Shown piece by piece: positions 43,118 to 52,140 of a DNA stretch of 64,000 nucleotides. The notes beneath the pieces were generated by a model. That model ran no database searches and was not told where the DNA came from. It saw only the letters and a list, made by a program, of their open reading frames with translations. A program made the translations under genes and the position numbers. The first letter of the stretch is position 1. Every line of letters begins with the position of its first letter. The stretch comes from an uncultured Pirellulales bacterium. Its GTDB lineage: Bacteria; Planctomycetota; Phycisphaerae; Sedimentisphaerales; Anaerohalosphaeraceae. The stretch is taken from positions 2,986 through 66,985 of the forward strand of contig CAYLSB010000015.1 in assembly GCA_964386005.1 (NCBI GenBank), read 5' to 3'.

Positions 43118-45661
43118 ATGACCATGATACAGTCAATACAACAAGGTGCCTGGTTTCTATGTGGTTTTGTGATTTCCTCTCTGGCGATGGCTCAAACGCC
43201 CAATCCGGACCAGGCGTTGCCAACCTCGTCTCCGGATGTCAAGAAAAGTCCCGTGCGATCCACCGGAATATCTCCGGTCGCCGATCTTCCGCGGGATTTG
43301 TTTTCGCCGCAGGCCGCCATGGCTTTTGCGAAATGTGCCTATGAACTCTATCGTGCCTCCGATGCGACCGATGCCGATGTGCTTCAGGCAAAGGTCTTTC
43401 TCTATGCCGCCCTGGTGTTGGATCCGAGAGCGACGTATGTGATGGCGGATCTGATTCGTGTTTTGACCGGAATCCCGGATCGCGATTTTGGCGGTGAGAT
43501 CCAGTGGGCATTGCACGCCTATGCGGACGATCCGGCTCTGGATATGGAAATCGCCAATCGGGCCGCCCAGTATCTGCATGACCGACTCCAGGATCGTCCG
43601 CGGCGGGAACAGCAATACACCAAGCTGCTGGAAATCGCGTCGACGCGCAATCGCATGTTCTCGGCCGAAATCGCTCGACGAATCGGCCTATTGATGGCCG
43701 AAAAACCAGACTTTGAAGGCGCTGAAAAGACTCTATTGTTTGCCTATGCCAATAATCCCTATAGTTCGGAAATCTTTTCGACGATACAATCGATCATGGC
43801 CAAACAGAACATGGCGTTGCGCTCGGAGGTGGTCCTGCAATTTATGCGTCGCAGCATTCAAGCCGATCCGGTGGATGTACAAACGGCGGTGAATTTCGCC
43901 GCCTTGGCGCAGCGAATCGGAGTCGTCGATCACGCGGCGGCCGGATTTGACTATGCCGCCGCGGCGTACCGGTATTGGAATCCGCAAACGCCGCTTCCCG
44001 CCGAATTGAACCGAACCCTGGCCCTCGCTCACTACAACGATCCCAACACGCGAAATCAGTGTCTTGTGGTCGCCGAGGACGTGCGCAAATCGGGCGAGTT
44101 GGATCTTCTGGTCGAGGCCTATGCGGGACGGGCCGCTGAAAAACTCGGGCGCTCGAACCAAGCCCGCGAAATTCTTTCTGTCGCGGCGGCCCGTGCCGAG
44201 AAAGCATTGGCTGAGGATCCCGCGACGGCTCCAGCCGGTCCCGAACTCATGGCGTGGTTTTATGCGTTTGCCGATCCCAGTCCCGAAAAAGCTCTTGCCT
44301 GGGCGAATAGAGCCCGTGGAACCTCGCCTCAGTCGGAAACCGTCAAGGCCCTCTTTGGATACGTCCTGGCCATGAATTCTCAACCGGATTTGACCGCCGA
44401 ATTTGCGAAGGATCTTTCCGATAGGATTCCGGTCGCCGCGATGGCGATGGCTCTGGTCAAATTGTCCGAGGGTGAGAAAGACTCCGCGATCAACCTGTTC
44501 AAAAATGCGATCCGGATGGATGGCTCAACCCTGGTTGCCGACCATGCCCGTCAGTGGCTGAAGGAACAGGGCAGCGAATTCGTTTCTCCGGAGGATGTCG
44601 AAAAATGCCGGAATGCCATCCAATTGGAGTTTCATGAATCGGCTTTGCCGGTTTTTTCACCGGCATCCAAACGATTGGTCGCCGAATTCAAATTGCGGGG
44701 TTCCGATTTATCCTACGGCCGCCCGATCGAAATGAACCTAATCATTCGAAATCCTTCTTCGGAGCCGTTGATCATTTCAGAGGATGGAATCCTTAAGGGA
44801 CGATACCGTATCGATGCGGTCGTCCGGGGCGACCTATCCGTTGAAATCCCTCGCTTAATTGAACGTCGGATTCAACCGTCACGTCTGATCATGGGCCCGT
44901 CCAAAGAGTATCCCGATGGCCGTTTCATGGCGATTCCGCTTGACGTCGATACCGGCCGGCTGCATCCAATCCTTTGGGGCCATCCTCAGGCGAGTCTCGA
45001 TATCGAACTGATCGCCTACCTGGATCCGGTATCGGATGATGCGGGACATGTTCGCAATTCCCTGCCGGATATTCCTCCGGTTCGAATCCGCTTCAAACGA
45101 CCGGGAATCAAACTAACCCGCGATTTCCTGATGCAGCGGCTGGAATCCGTGGCCAGAGGGCAGTCTTCCCAGAAGATTCTCGCAGCCGAAGTATGTACAG
45201 GCCTGTTGTATGAGCAAATGGATAGGGATCGTTCCGGTGCCCAGTATCGTTTTATCCAGGTAGCGCCTGATGTGTATTATGACGCCATCCGTCGGTGTCT
45301 GATGGATGACGATTGGAAGGTTGTTTTTCAGACCCTCATGGCCCTGAATCTGATTTCCTCTCCGATCCCGTTTGAACTGACACAGGCCGTTTCCCCGTTA
45401 TTGCAGAATACCAATTGGCCGGTTCGAATGATGGCGTTGAAGATTTTATCCCGGTCTTCCGGCCAGAGCTTCCAGCAGGTACTTGACTGGTCGGCCTCTT
45501 CCGATGAGCATCTTCTGGTCCGGGATTTGGCCGTCTCTCTTGGAGGAAAGGTCACCGAGAAGGCCCCGATCCTTCCATTGTCCGATCCGGCAATCTTACC
45601 CCCGAGTTCCGACGTGACAATATCCGCACCAGGTACGGATACTTCAAAGCCAATTCAATGA
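43118..45661 (+). CDS. Large secreted hypothetical protein (TPR-like N-terminal half, HEAT-like C-terminal end)
   Basis: Signal peptide MTMIQSIQQGAWFLCGFVISSLAMA. The sequence looks helical and repeat-like. I recognise no specific family. Start trimmed from GTG 43085. Confidence 0.5.
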   Translation: MTMIQSIQQGAWFLCGFVISSLAMAQTPNPDQALPTSSPDVKKSPVRSTGISPVADLPRDLFSPQAAMAFAKCAYELYRASDATDADVLQAKVFLYAALVLDPRATYVMADLIRVLTGIPDRDFGGEIQWALHAYADDPALDMEIANRAAQYLHDRLQDRPRREQQYTKLLEIASTRNRMFSAEIARRIGLLMAEKPDFEGAEKTLLFAYANNPYSSEIFSTIQSIMAKQNMALRSEVVLQFMRRSIQADPVDVQTAVNFAALAQRIGVVDHAAAGFDYAAAAYRYWNPQTPLPAELNRTLALAHYNDPNTRNQCLVVAEDVRKSGELDLLVEAYAGRAAEKLGRSNQAREILSVAAARAEKALAEDPATAPAGPELMAWFYAFADPSPEKALAWANRARGTSPQSETVKALFGYVLAMNSQPDLTAEFAKDLSDRIPVAAMAMALVKLSEGEKDSAINLFKNAIRMDGSTLVADHARQWLKEQGSEFVSPEDVEKCRNAIQLEFHESALPVFSPASKRLVAEFKLRGSDLSYGRPIEMNLIIRNPSSEPLIISEDGILKGRYRIDAVVRGDLSVEIPRLIERRIQPSRLIMGPSKEYPDGRFMAIPLDVDTGRLHPILWGHPQASLDIELIAYLDPVSDDAGHVRNSLPDIPPVRIRFKRPGIKLTRDFLMQRLESVARGQSSQKILAAEVCTGLLYEQMDRDRSGAQYRFIQVAPDVYYDAIRRCLMDDDWKVVFQTLMALNLISSPIPFELTQAVSPLLQNTNWPVRMMALKILSRSSGQSFQQVLDWSASSDEHLLVRDLAVSLGGKVTEKAPILPLSDPAILPPSSDVTISAPGTDTSKPIQ

Positions 45662-45739
45662 TCTTTCTTCCGGGGGGTGTGGATCGTTCTGGATAAAGGG
45701 GGGCTGAAGAAGAGTACCGGGTTTTTTTGAACTTCCCTA

Positions 45740-45768
45740 TTGTCAACGAGAGCGAATTACTATATACT
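45740..45768 (+). promoter_or_regulatory. Candidate promoter for ferredoxin and tRNA-Glu
   Basis: TTGTCA (45740-45745), a 17-nt spacer, then TATACT (45763-45768). Confidence 0.4.
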
Positions 45769-45819
45769 CTTCGTTTCTATTGGTTGCCGAATTTGGATTC
45801 TAATACGAAAGGATACACT

Positions 45820-45993
45820 ATGCCAGCAAAAGTCGATGTCGATAAATGTACCGGCTGCGAATCTTGTATTGAGGCCTGTCCCAGCGAGGCCATCAAAATG
45901 GAACGCGGCAAAGCCAAAGTGGATGTCAATAAATGCGTGGATTGCGGGGTTTGTGTGGATGAGTGCCCCGTGGAAGCCATAAGCATGGAGTAA
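45820..45993 (+). CDS. 2x[4Fe-4S] ferredoxin
   Basis: 57 aa with two CxxCxxCxxxCP motifs (CTGCESCIEACP, CVDCGVCVDECP). ATG 45820 follows AAAGGA. Confidence 0.85.
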   Translation: MPAKVDVDKCTGCESCIEACPSEAIKMERGKAKVDVNKCVDCGVCVDECPVEAISME

Positions 45994-46003
45994 TTCTCCG
46001 GTG

Positions 46004-46078
46004 GGCCCCATCGTCTAGGCAGGCCTAGGACACCGGGTTTTCAACCCGGCGACAGGGGTTCAAATCCCCTTGGGGCTA
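46004..46078 (+). tRNA. tRNA-Glu (anticodon UUC)
   Basis: Hand-folded cloverleaf. Acceptor GGCCCCA/TGGGGCT (G1-U72 wobble), D arm GTCT...AGGAC, anticodon stem CCGGG/CCCGG with loop TTTTCAA (UUC), T arm AGGGG TTCAAAT CCCCT, discriminator A. It closely parallels E. coli tRNA-Glu. CCA is not encoded. Confidence 0.9.
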
Positions 46079-46100
46079 TAAAGGATCCTGAACGATTATG

Positions 46101-46140
46101 AAACAAATGACCACCGGTTTTACCCGGTGGTCATTTGTTT
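46101..46140. terminator. Bidirectional intrinsic terminator
   Basis: A perfect 17-bp stem AAACAAATGACCACCGG / CCGGTGGTCATTTGTTT with a 6-nt loop. Either strand ends in UUUGUUU. It lies between tRNA-Glu (+) and the LamG gene (-). Confidence 0.75.
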
Positions 46141-46167
46141 GATCGTTATCCGTTTTGTTCAGGCATA

Positions 46168-48267
46168 TCACAAGCAGAATTTCTCCGGCAAGAGGTTACA
46201 CTCCAGCCACTGTCCGGCCAGAGCGGCCAGATCATGCAGATTGACCTTACAGTCCGGCGTTCCCTCCGGACCGGAGAAGTCGTATAATGGATTCGTGACG
46301 CAGATCGGCGCATCTGATACGATATCCGTGTACATACCCGCGATGTCAAACGCATTCAGGGCGTAGTTGTAATACTGTACCTCATCAATCTGGCCGTTCA
46401 GGAAGAAATCGTATCCGGCCGTCTCGTTGGCGCCGGCTCCGATCAACAGAGTTCTCCGCGAATTGGTCAGCAGAGTCGCCTCTGCCGTTGCCGCTCGGAC
46501 ACCGTTTAGATATAGGATTTTGACGCCGGAAATGACTCCGTCGGAGGCGATGTCCGTGGCATGAAAGGTAATCGCCACATGGCTCCATTGATCGAAGGTC
46601 ACTGCGGGCGAACCCAAAGCGGTGAATGTGCCGTTGGCCGTCCAGAAGGACCACTGATCGGACGGAGTAATGTACAGGATGTAACCCGTCCATGGAGCAT
46701 TGTCTCGCGAACTGACCACCGCCTGGTAATTGCCGGTCCGGGTCGGTTTGACCCATGCGGTTACGGTGAAACTATCAGTATTAAGTTTATCCGTAAAGGG
46801 AACTTCAACGGCGCTAACGCCGTTCAGTAACAGGGCCTTGCCGCCGGCGATGCTGCCGTCGATAAAGTTGGGCTCGTTGAAGGAATACCCATTGTAGTTT
46901 CCGACCGGTTCGAGGAGGTTTTCCTCAAACGGCCAGCGGGCCGCCAGTTTTTGAATCGCCAGAATCGCGATCTTCGATGTAGCCGATCCCGCCGCGTTGG
47001 AAAGGACGCAGAAGTAGTACCCCTCATTCTCCAATGCGGCATTGTCCACGGTCAACGTATCGGAATTTGTCCCAACCATCTTATCGTCTGCGGGTGTGTC
47101 GATTGCGGCATCCAGTGACTTGTACCACGTGTAGGTCGTCTGATTTTCACCAGCCACAGTAAAGACGGCCTGGCTGCCGGCCGGCACGGTCCGATTTTTT
47201 GGATCCATCGTCAGAAAGGGGGTATCCGGAGAGGACCGGAATGTCCACACCTCGCCCTGGTGGATGATGTCCGCGTCCGGCGCATTGGGTTCACGGCAAT
47301 CTACCCGCCAGTAATACTGCGTATCCGCCGACAGGGGTGAACCGAACGTATAGGATGTTTCGGTCTGATTCTCTGCCACGCGCACGGACGCATCGCCGGC
47401 GGCTACCTTCGATTCATTGGGATCAAAGTAGATGTCATAACCCGATACTTCATACACGTCACGGACCTTCCAACTCAATGTATGGCTGCTTACGAGAATC
47501 TGATGATCCATCGGCCGAGGGTCCATCGCCGCGGAATCCGAAACCCCGAGATACACGGCCGGATTGAATATTCTTCCCTGGTTCCAGTCTCCGCCCCCGC
47601 CGGCCCAGCGGTTAATTCCGATCGGCCGATTCAGGCCGTCGCCAAAATTGGTTTTGGTCATTTCTCGCGAAGCGACCAGTTGCAGCCCCGCCCCGGAAAG
47701 ATCGTCAATCCATAGTCGTGCGGTACCCGTGATCGATCCATTGACAACCGTGTTACCGCGGGTATCAAACTCGGCGATGCAGTGGTACCATTTCTGTCCG
47801 ACGATGGGATGGGCCAGGGATTGATTGGGAACATCCGAGTTGAACACAAACAAGATTCGGCTGGCGTTGGTTTGCAGATTCTCGGTCCCGGCATAATCAA
47901 TTAATTTGCGAACATTCGTATATGTGCCTTCCCACTGAAACCATACCTCCATCGTAAATCCACCGGCCGCCTCGATCACGGAATTGACAAGCAACGCGGT
48001 CGCATTCGTTCGTCCGTGGCCCCCCGATGCCCCCGTAAGGGAACCGCCCGAAAAGCCCGGAGGAACCTGCCCGTTCAGATAGCCGCCCATACTGTCCATG
48101 GCCCCGTCATTGTGTGCCGAACTGAGGTCGAGGATCGAAGTGGACGAGCCGTCGTAGGACGCCGGGAACGAATATCGGAATACCGGCTCCAATTGTCCCC
48201 ATCCAGCGCGGGTCACTGCCAGTACCGCCAAAACGATCCCCATGAAGTACTCTTCTCGCATCTTCAT
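46168..48267 (-). CDS. Large secreted LamG/concanavalin-A-like lectin-domain protein with an Ig-like domain and a dockerin-like C-terminal tag
   Basis: Trimmed to MKMREEYFMGIVLAVLAVTRAGWG after AAGGAAAGGG. It has two LamG-like blocks (FTMEVWFQWEG..., FTVTAWVKPT...), an Ig I-set-like NEGYYFCVLSNAAGSATS, and C-terminal CKVNLHDLAALAGQWLEC. Confidence 0.65.
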   Translation of the reverse strand: MKMREEYFMGIVLAVLAVTRAGWGQLEPVFRYSFPASYDGSSTSILDLSSAHNDGAMDSMGGYLNGQVPPGFSGGSLTGASGGHGRTNATALLVNSVIEAAGGFTMEVWFQWEGTYTNVRKLIDYAGTENLQTNASRILFVFNSDVPNQSLAHPIVGQKWYHCIAEFDTRGNTVVNGSITGTARLWIDDLSGAGLQLVASREMTKTNFGDGLNRPIGINRWAGGGGDWNQGRIFNPAVYLGVSDSAAMDPRPMDHQILVSSHTLSWKVRDVYEVSGYDIYFDPNESKVAAGDASVRVAENQTETSYTFGSPLSADTQYYWRVDCREPNAPDADIIHQGEVWTFRSSPDTPFLTMDPKNRTVPAGSQAVFTVAGENQTTYTWYKSLDAAIDTPADDKMVGTNSDTLTVDNAALENEGYYFCVLSNAAGSATSKIAILAIQKLAARWPFEENLLEPVGNYNGYSFNEPNFIDGSIAGGKALLLNGVSAVEVPFTDKLNTDSFTVTAWVKPTRTGNYQAVVSSRDNAPWTGYILYITPSDQWSFWTANGTFTALGSPAVTFDQWSHVAITFHATDIASDGVISGVKILYLNGVRAATAEATLLTNSRRTLLIGAGANETAGYDFFLNGQIDEVQYYNYALNAFDIAGMYTDIVSDAPICVTNPLYDFSGPEGTPDCKVNLHDLAALAGQWLECNLLPEKFCL

Positions 48268-48557
48268 ACAACACCCTTTCCTTGATTGAATGTTAGACTG
48301 TCGCAATGAACGATGTAATGCAATGGCGTGGTAATTCCGATTTGATTATTTCCATATTCCATCCTCCGCGTTTCTCGAAGTTACAGTTTGTTATGAGCCG
48401 GGCTACGAAAAGGATAATAACGGCCATATGAATTTTCAACAATCAATATTGTACGAAAAGGCGATAGATGGGACAAGAACTTATTGGGATAAATATCAGG
48501 AATGGATTCTTGTGGTGAATTTCGTGGCTGTTTCAAATCGCTGTGCGGAGCGGAACT

Positions 48558-49787
48558 TCAGATGCCGGGTTCAACGTCATTTTTCTCTTTCAATTGTCGG
48601 GAGCTGAATGGGTCCGGTTTTGTCGCTTCAGGATCCGCCGGCCGTCCGACGGTTTCATGAATCAACTCCGGTTCGGGAAGACCCGTGCGGCAATCCCACC
48701 AAAATCCCGGCGGGTGGCTACGAAACAGAAAAGAGCTTACAAGGGAAAGAGAATCTGCGATTTCAAGATCAGTCCGTTGTTCGAGGTGCGAGGGAATTTC
48801 CGTTGAAAGGATGGATTGTGCCTGATGAAGCATTGTCGAAACCGTCTCCGGTTCAAAATCATCCAGCGAATAAATCAATCCTTTGTAAATCAAATAAGCC
48901 GAAAAAGTCTGGAATTTTTTCTTCTCCGGTGGCTTGAGGATACGGAAGGATCGATCTACATGCAGAATCGACATCTCCGATACATCCGTCATCCATCGAA
49001 ACCAGTCCGGTTGAAATTCCCGGAGTTGATCCATGCATCGTTTGGTTCGTGCCGCCTGCTCAAATCGCATAGCCGTGGCGTCGCATTTCATCGTCTCATT
49101 CAGGATATTCATCACGGCATCCGTCTTTCCCGAAGCCATTTCAACCGCCAGATTGAGTTGTCGGATGTACTCCTCGCGCGGGATACCCCCGACGCACGGA
49201 GCCGGACAGGTTTCCATTTGCAGGTAGGGACAGCTTCGTGCCTGTTCGGACGAATCGATCAAGTCCGGCCTCTGGCAAAGCCCAAACGCGCGAACCAAAA
49301 CGTCAATCGTGCGTACGGCCGCTTTTCGTCCGGGAAAGAGCCCCATCGTTTTCCGCGAGAGGGAATCCCGGCTCGTCGCCGGGTGGGAGGCGAGAGAAAA
49401 CTGCGGCCACCGGTGTGAAAGATCGATTTGAATCAGATACGTTTTCGGTAACGATATTCTCTTGCGATATCGCCGGCCGTACAGACGCTTGGCAATAGGC
49501 AAAAAATCCACATGACAGCCGAACTCGCATCCGCATCGCCGAAAATAGACCGACCGCACGACCGGATTCAGACGGGCTTTACGGGTTTTCGGCTGGTTGG
49601 GGTCCGCGGCAAGTTTGGCCAAAGTCGTCCGTCGCAGATGGCTCGCCATCAGCAACTGGACCGGTACGCCATCTCCATCCGTAAATAAAACGACGCCTCG
49701 TTCGGAAGGAATCTCCGCGGATCTTGTCTGGAGCTCTTCCGGAGATCCGTCCCATTCAAGATGACCGTCGAACAGATCCGAAAACAT
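48558..49787 (-). CDS. UvrC N-terminal-half paralogue with a degenerate GIY-YIG motif
   Basis: Collinear with the UvrC N-half: GVVLFTDGDGVPVQLLMASHLRRT (compare GVYxxxDxxGxxIYVGKAxxLxxR), GLFPGRKAAVRTIDVLVRAFGL, and RSCPYLQMETCPAPCVGGIPREEYIRQLNLAVEMASGK...MRFEQAARTKRCMDQL (Cys-rich and UVR-like segments). It has no C-terminal RNase-H-like/HhH half. Confidence 0.6.
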   Translation of the reverse strand: MFSDLFDGHLEWDGSPEELQTRSAEIPSERGVVLFTDGDGVPVQLLMASHLRRTTLAKLAADPNQPKTRKARLNPVVRSVYFRRCGCEFGCHVDFLPIAKRLYGRRYRKRISLPKTYLIQIDLSHRWPQFSLASHPATSRDSLSRKTMGLFPGRKAAVRTIDVLVRAFGLCQRPDLIDSSEQARSCPYLQMETCPAPCVGGIPREEYIRQLNLAVEMASGKTDAVMNILNETMKCDATAMRFEQAARTKRCMDQLREFQPDWFRWMTDVSEMSILHVDRSFRILKPPEKKKFQTFSAYLIYKGLIYSLDDFEPETVSTMLHQAQSILSTEIPSHLEQRTDLEIADSLSLVSSFLFRSHPPGFWWDCRTGLPEPELIHETVGRPADPEATKPDPFSSRQLKEKNDVEPGI

Positions 49788-49793
49788 CGGATG

Positions 49794-50267
49794 TCAAACC
49801 CGCATCCCTGAAACGATGGTATGGAATACCAGTTGGCCGTTCACGACGCCTTGTACTTCCGCGCTGAACTGACGGCTGCGTACTTTGCAGATGTGGCTGA
49901 GGAGATACAAACGACATCCGGGCTGAACCGTGCCGCGAAATTGTGTATCTTCAATGCCTGAAAATCCGATAAATCCTTCCAGTCCATAAATCCGCTTCAT
50001 GAAAAAGCTGGCCAGTTGAGCCGCCGATTCGACCATGATCACCCCCGGCATCAACGGACGTTCGGGGATATGTCCGCGAATCCAAAATTCATGGTCCGTC
50101 ACATCCTTAAAGCCCAGGCACAGGAGTTTTTCCCGGTCATGCCAGATAATCCCGTCGAGCTGAGACATCTCGTAGGATTGGGGATTGACTTCGGCGATCG
50201 CCGCCCGGTCGAATGCAACCTGGTCGAGACGGATCCCCGATAAATCGAATAACAGGGTAGGGGGCAT
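49794..50267 (-). CDS. FabZ/FabA-like 3-hydroxyacyl-ACP dehydratase family protein
   Basis: Hotdog-fold motif HEFWIRGHIPERPLMPGVIMVESAAQL in 157 aa. Confidence 0.75.
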   Translation of the reverse strand: MPPTLLFDLSGIRLDQVAFDRAAIAEVNPQSYEMSQLDGIIWHDREKLLCLGFKDVTDHEFWIRGHIPERPLMPGVIMVESAAQLASFFMKRIYGLEGFIGFSGIEDTQFRGTVQPGCRLYLLSHICKVRSRQFSAEVQGVVNGQLVFHTIVSGMRV

Positions 50268-50386
50268 ATCTATCCTCTCTGGCGATCAAACTCCCCGACA
50301 CCCCAGCCGGTTCATTCCGGAACGGGCGCACCCTCGAAAGTCGTCGCGCGGCGCGGGAGCCGTGAGATGATCGAAATGGAACCGCA

Positions 50387-50560
50387 TTATTCCGTTGCGC
50401 GGATTTCGAGAATCCGATTTCGGACCGCCTGCGAGGCCTGCTTAATCATCTGCATCTGTTTGCGCACGCGGGTACCTGCCGCTTTGTTGCCGCCTTCGGC
50501 CTTGCTGATATCTGATTCGATTTCCGCGACCAGCTTTTTCAGATTTTCGTATTCCTGCAT
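50387..50560 (-). CDS. Small basic histone H1-like / nucleoid-associated-type protein (tentative)
   Basis: Not in the ORF track because it is under 60 aa. My translation gives MQEYENLKKLVAEIESDISKAEGGNKAAGTRVRKQMQMIKQASQAVRNRILEIRATE (57 aa). GGAGG lies 9 nt upstream of the ATG. The GNKAAGTR(V/A)RK core recalls bacterial proteins annotated as histone H1. Confidence 0.6.
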   Translation of the reverse strand: MQEYENLKKLVAEIESDISKAEGGNKAAGTRVRKQMQMIKQASQAVRNRILEIRATE

Positions 50561-50676
50561 TGTATCGAACCTCCAATGAAGATGTATTCGATCGTATTAA
50601 AGAAAAAAATATACGCTTTTTGACCGTTTGTCAAAGGAAATCCCCGTGCCTTGTTTGACGCCGGCCGGGCGTTGGA

Positions 50677-51153
50677 TCAGGGTCGTAATCGAAGGGTCAG
50701 CTCGGCGATACGTTTTCCACGCCGACGACACTGATTCAGGACCCGATCATCGGGTTTGCCAACCGATACGGGGCCAAAATGATCGCCTTGGGGATCGCCC
50801 TGGAGGATCATCCCATGTACCATCAGCGTAACGAGAATATTGATGATGGTGAATTCGTTGCCCCCGCCGGTATTGGCCGAAGAGCTGAACGCCGCGCCGA
50901 TCTTGCCGTCCAGTTTGCCGTGTTTGCTGACCGATTCGTCGAACAACTCGGCAATCTTGGAACACATCCGTCCGTAATACGTCGGCGATCCGACCACGAT
51001 CGCATCGGCGTCAAGCAGATCGTTGATTTTGACATCTTCGACCGCCTTGCACTTGGTGGGCAATTGCGCCTCGTTCATGGACTCGGCAAACACCTGAGCC
51101 ATTTGTTTGGTATTACCGCTCCGCGAATAATAGATCACCAATCCTGTGGCCAT
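50677..51153 (-). CDS. Flavodoxin-like FMN-dependent oxidoreductase (WrbA/NAD(P)H dehydrogenase-like)
   Basis: MATGLVIYYSRSGNTKQMA (FMN phosphate loop), VVGSPTYYG and a Gly-rich loop ANTGGGNE. Confidence 0.8.
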   Translation of the reverse strand: MATGLVIYYSRSGNTKQMAQVFAESMNEAQLPTKCKAVEDVKINDLLDADAIVVGSPTYYGRMCSKIAELFDESVSKHGKLDGKIGAAFSSSANTGGGNEFTIINILVTLMVHGMILQGDPQGDHFGPVSVGKPDDRVLNQCRRRGKRIAELTLRLRP

Positions 51154-51174
51154 ACGCATCCTCGACAATCGAGA

Positions 51175-52059
51175 TTACTTGGGGGATTTCAGTGTTGTCC
51201 TATCCCGTTCCGGAACCTCTTCGTCCAACGGATGCTTATTTTGCGAGAAATGGGCGGGGATTTCAATGGTAAAAATGGCCTTTTCGATTTTTTTATTCGC
51301 AACCGGTTCAAGAAAGGATATGTCGTAAATATCTCCCTCCGTGGAGGTGGTGAGAATCCGCCGGGGTAAATACTGTTTGGGATCCATCCAAAAATCAATC
51401 CTCGAATACTGTTCCTTGAAACGGGATTGGGGTTTTGTGGTCAAAAGCAAATGGACCGGCCGATTGGGATCGGTGGATTCTTCCTTCACACGAACGATCT
51501 CAAAATCCTTCGACAGGTTTTCGGTTCGAGTAAATCCGATGATCGGAAAATTCCCGCTGAGAAACTCGAACACATCCATGGCTTTTCCGGGTCGGGCCTT
51601 CTGATAAAAATCCGCCTTCTCCAGTGAATAATCGATTCGTGTCAACCAGAATCCGTCGAAGAAGAATTGCTCGATGCGTTTTTCTTCCGGAGCGTCTTCC
51701 TGCTGAAAGGTGTCGAACTGGATTCGAAGCCGCGACCCGTCTGTATCCTTTTGATAATAGAGACGTCCGTTCCGCAGCGTTTTGGAATCCAGCAGTTCGG
51801 GATCCTGGATAAACAGGTATTTTATTTTGGCCTGATAACTGCCCATCGTTGTGGTCCGTTTGTGCAGTTCCTCCAGAATTCCCTGAAGGATGGGATCGCT
51901 TTCCGTCGAGGGACCGGGGGATTTGGATTCCGGTGAATGGCTCGGTGCGCAACACGGGGGGGAAACAGCCGATTCCTCCACGGATTGCGTGCCCGCAGAT
52001 TGAACCCGACTTACATTCCAGGTCAGACAAGCGAGTACAATGATCCATCGTAATTTCAC
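51175..52059 (-). CDS. Secreted LolA-like / outer-membrane lipoprotein-sorting family protein (tentative)
   Basis: Signal peptide MKLRWIIVLACLTWNVSRVQSA. The beta-rich body has a LolA-like pattern (YQAKIKYLFIQ..., GRLYYQKD..., RIDFWMD...). The assignment is weak. Confidence 0.4.
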   Translation of the reverse strand: MKLRWIIVLACLTWNVSRVQSAGTQSVEESAVSPPCCAPSHSPESKSPGPSTESDPILQGILEELHKRTTTMGSYQAKIKYLFIQDPELLDSKTLRNGRLYYQKDTDGSRLRIQFDTFQQEDAPEEKRIEQFFFDGFWLTRIDYSLEKADFYQKARPGKAMDVFEFLSGNFPIIGFTRTENLSKDFEIVRVKEESTDPNRPVHLLLTTKPQSRFKEQYSRIDFWMDPKQYLPRRILTTSTEGDIYDISFLEPVANKKIEKAIFTIEIPAHFSQNKHPLDEEVPERDRTTLKSPK

Positions 52060-52140
52060 GAGTTATTCCCTTTCGATTTTCAGATTACATCGATCGAATC
52101 CATTTCCGGCGACAAGAGACCAGACGGTTTGGAATACCAT

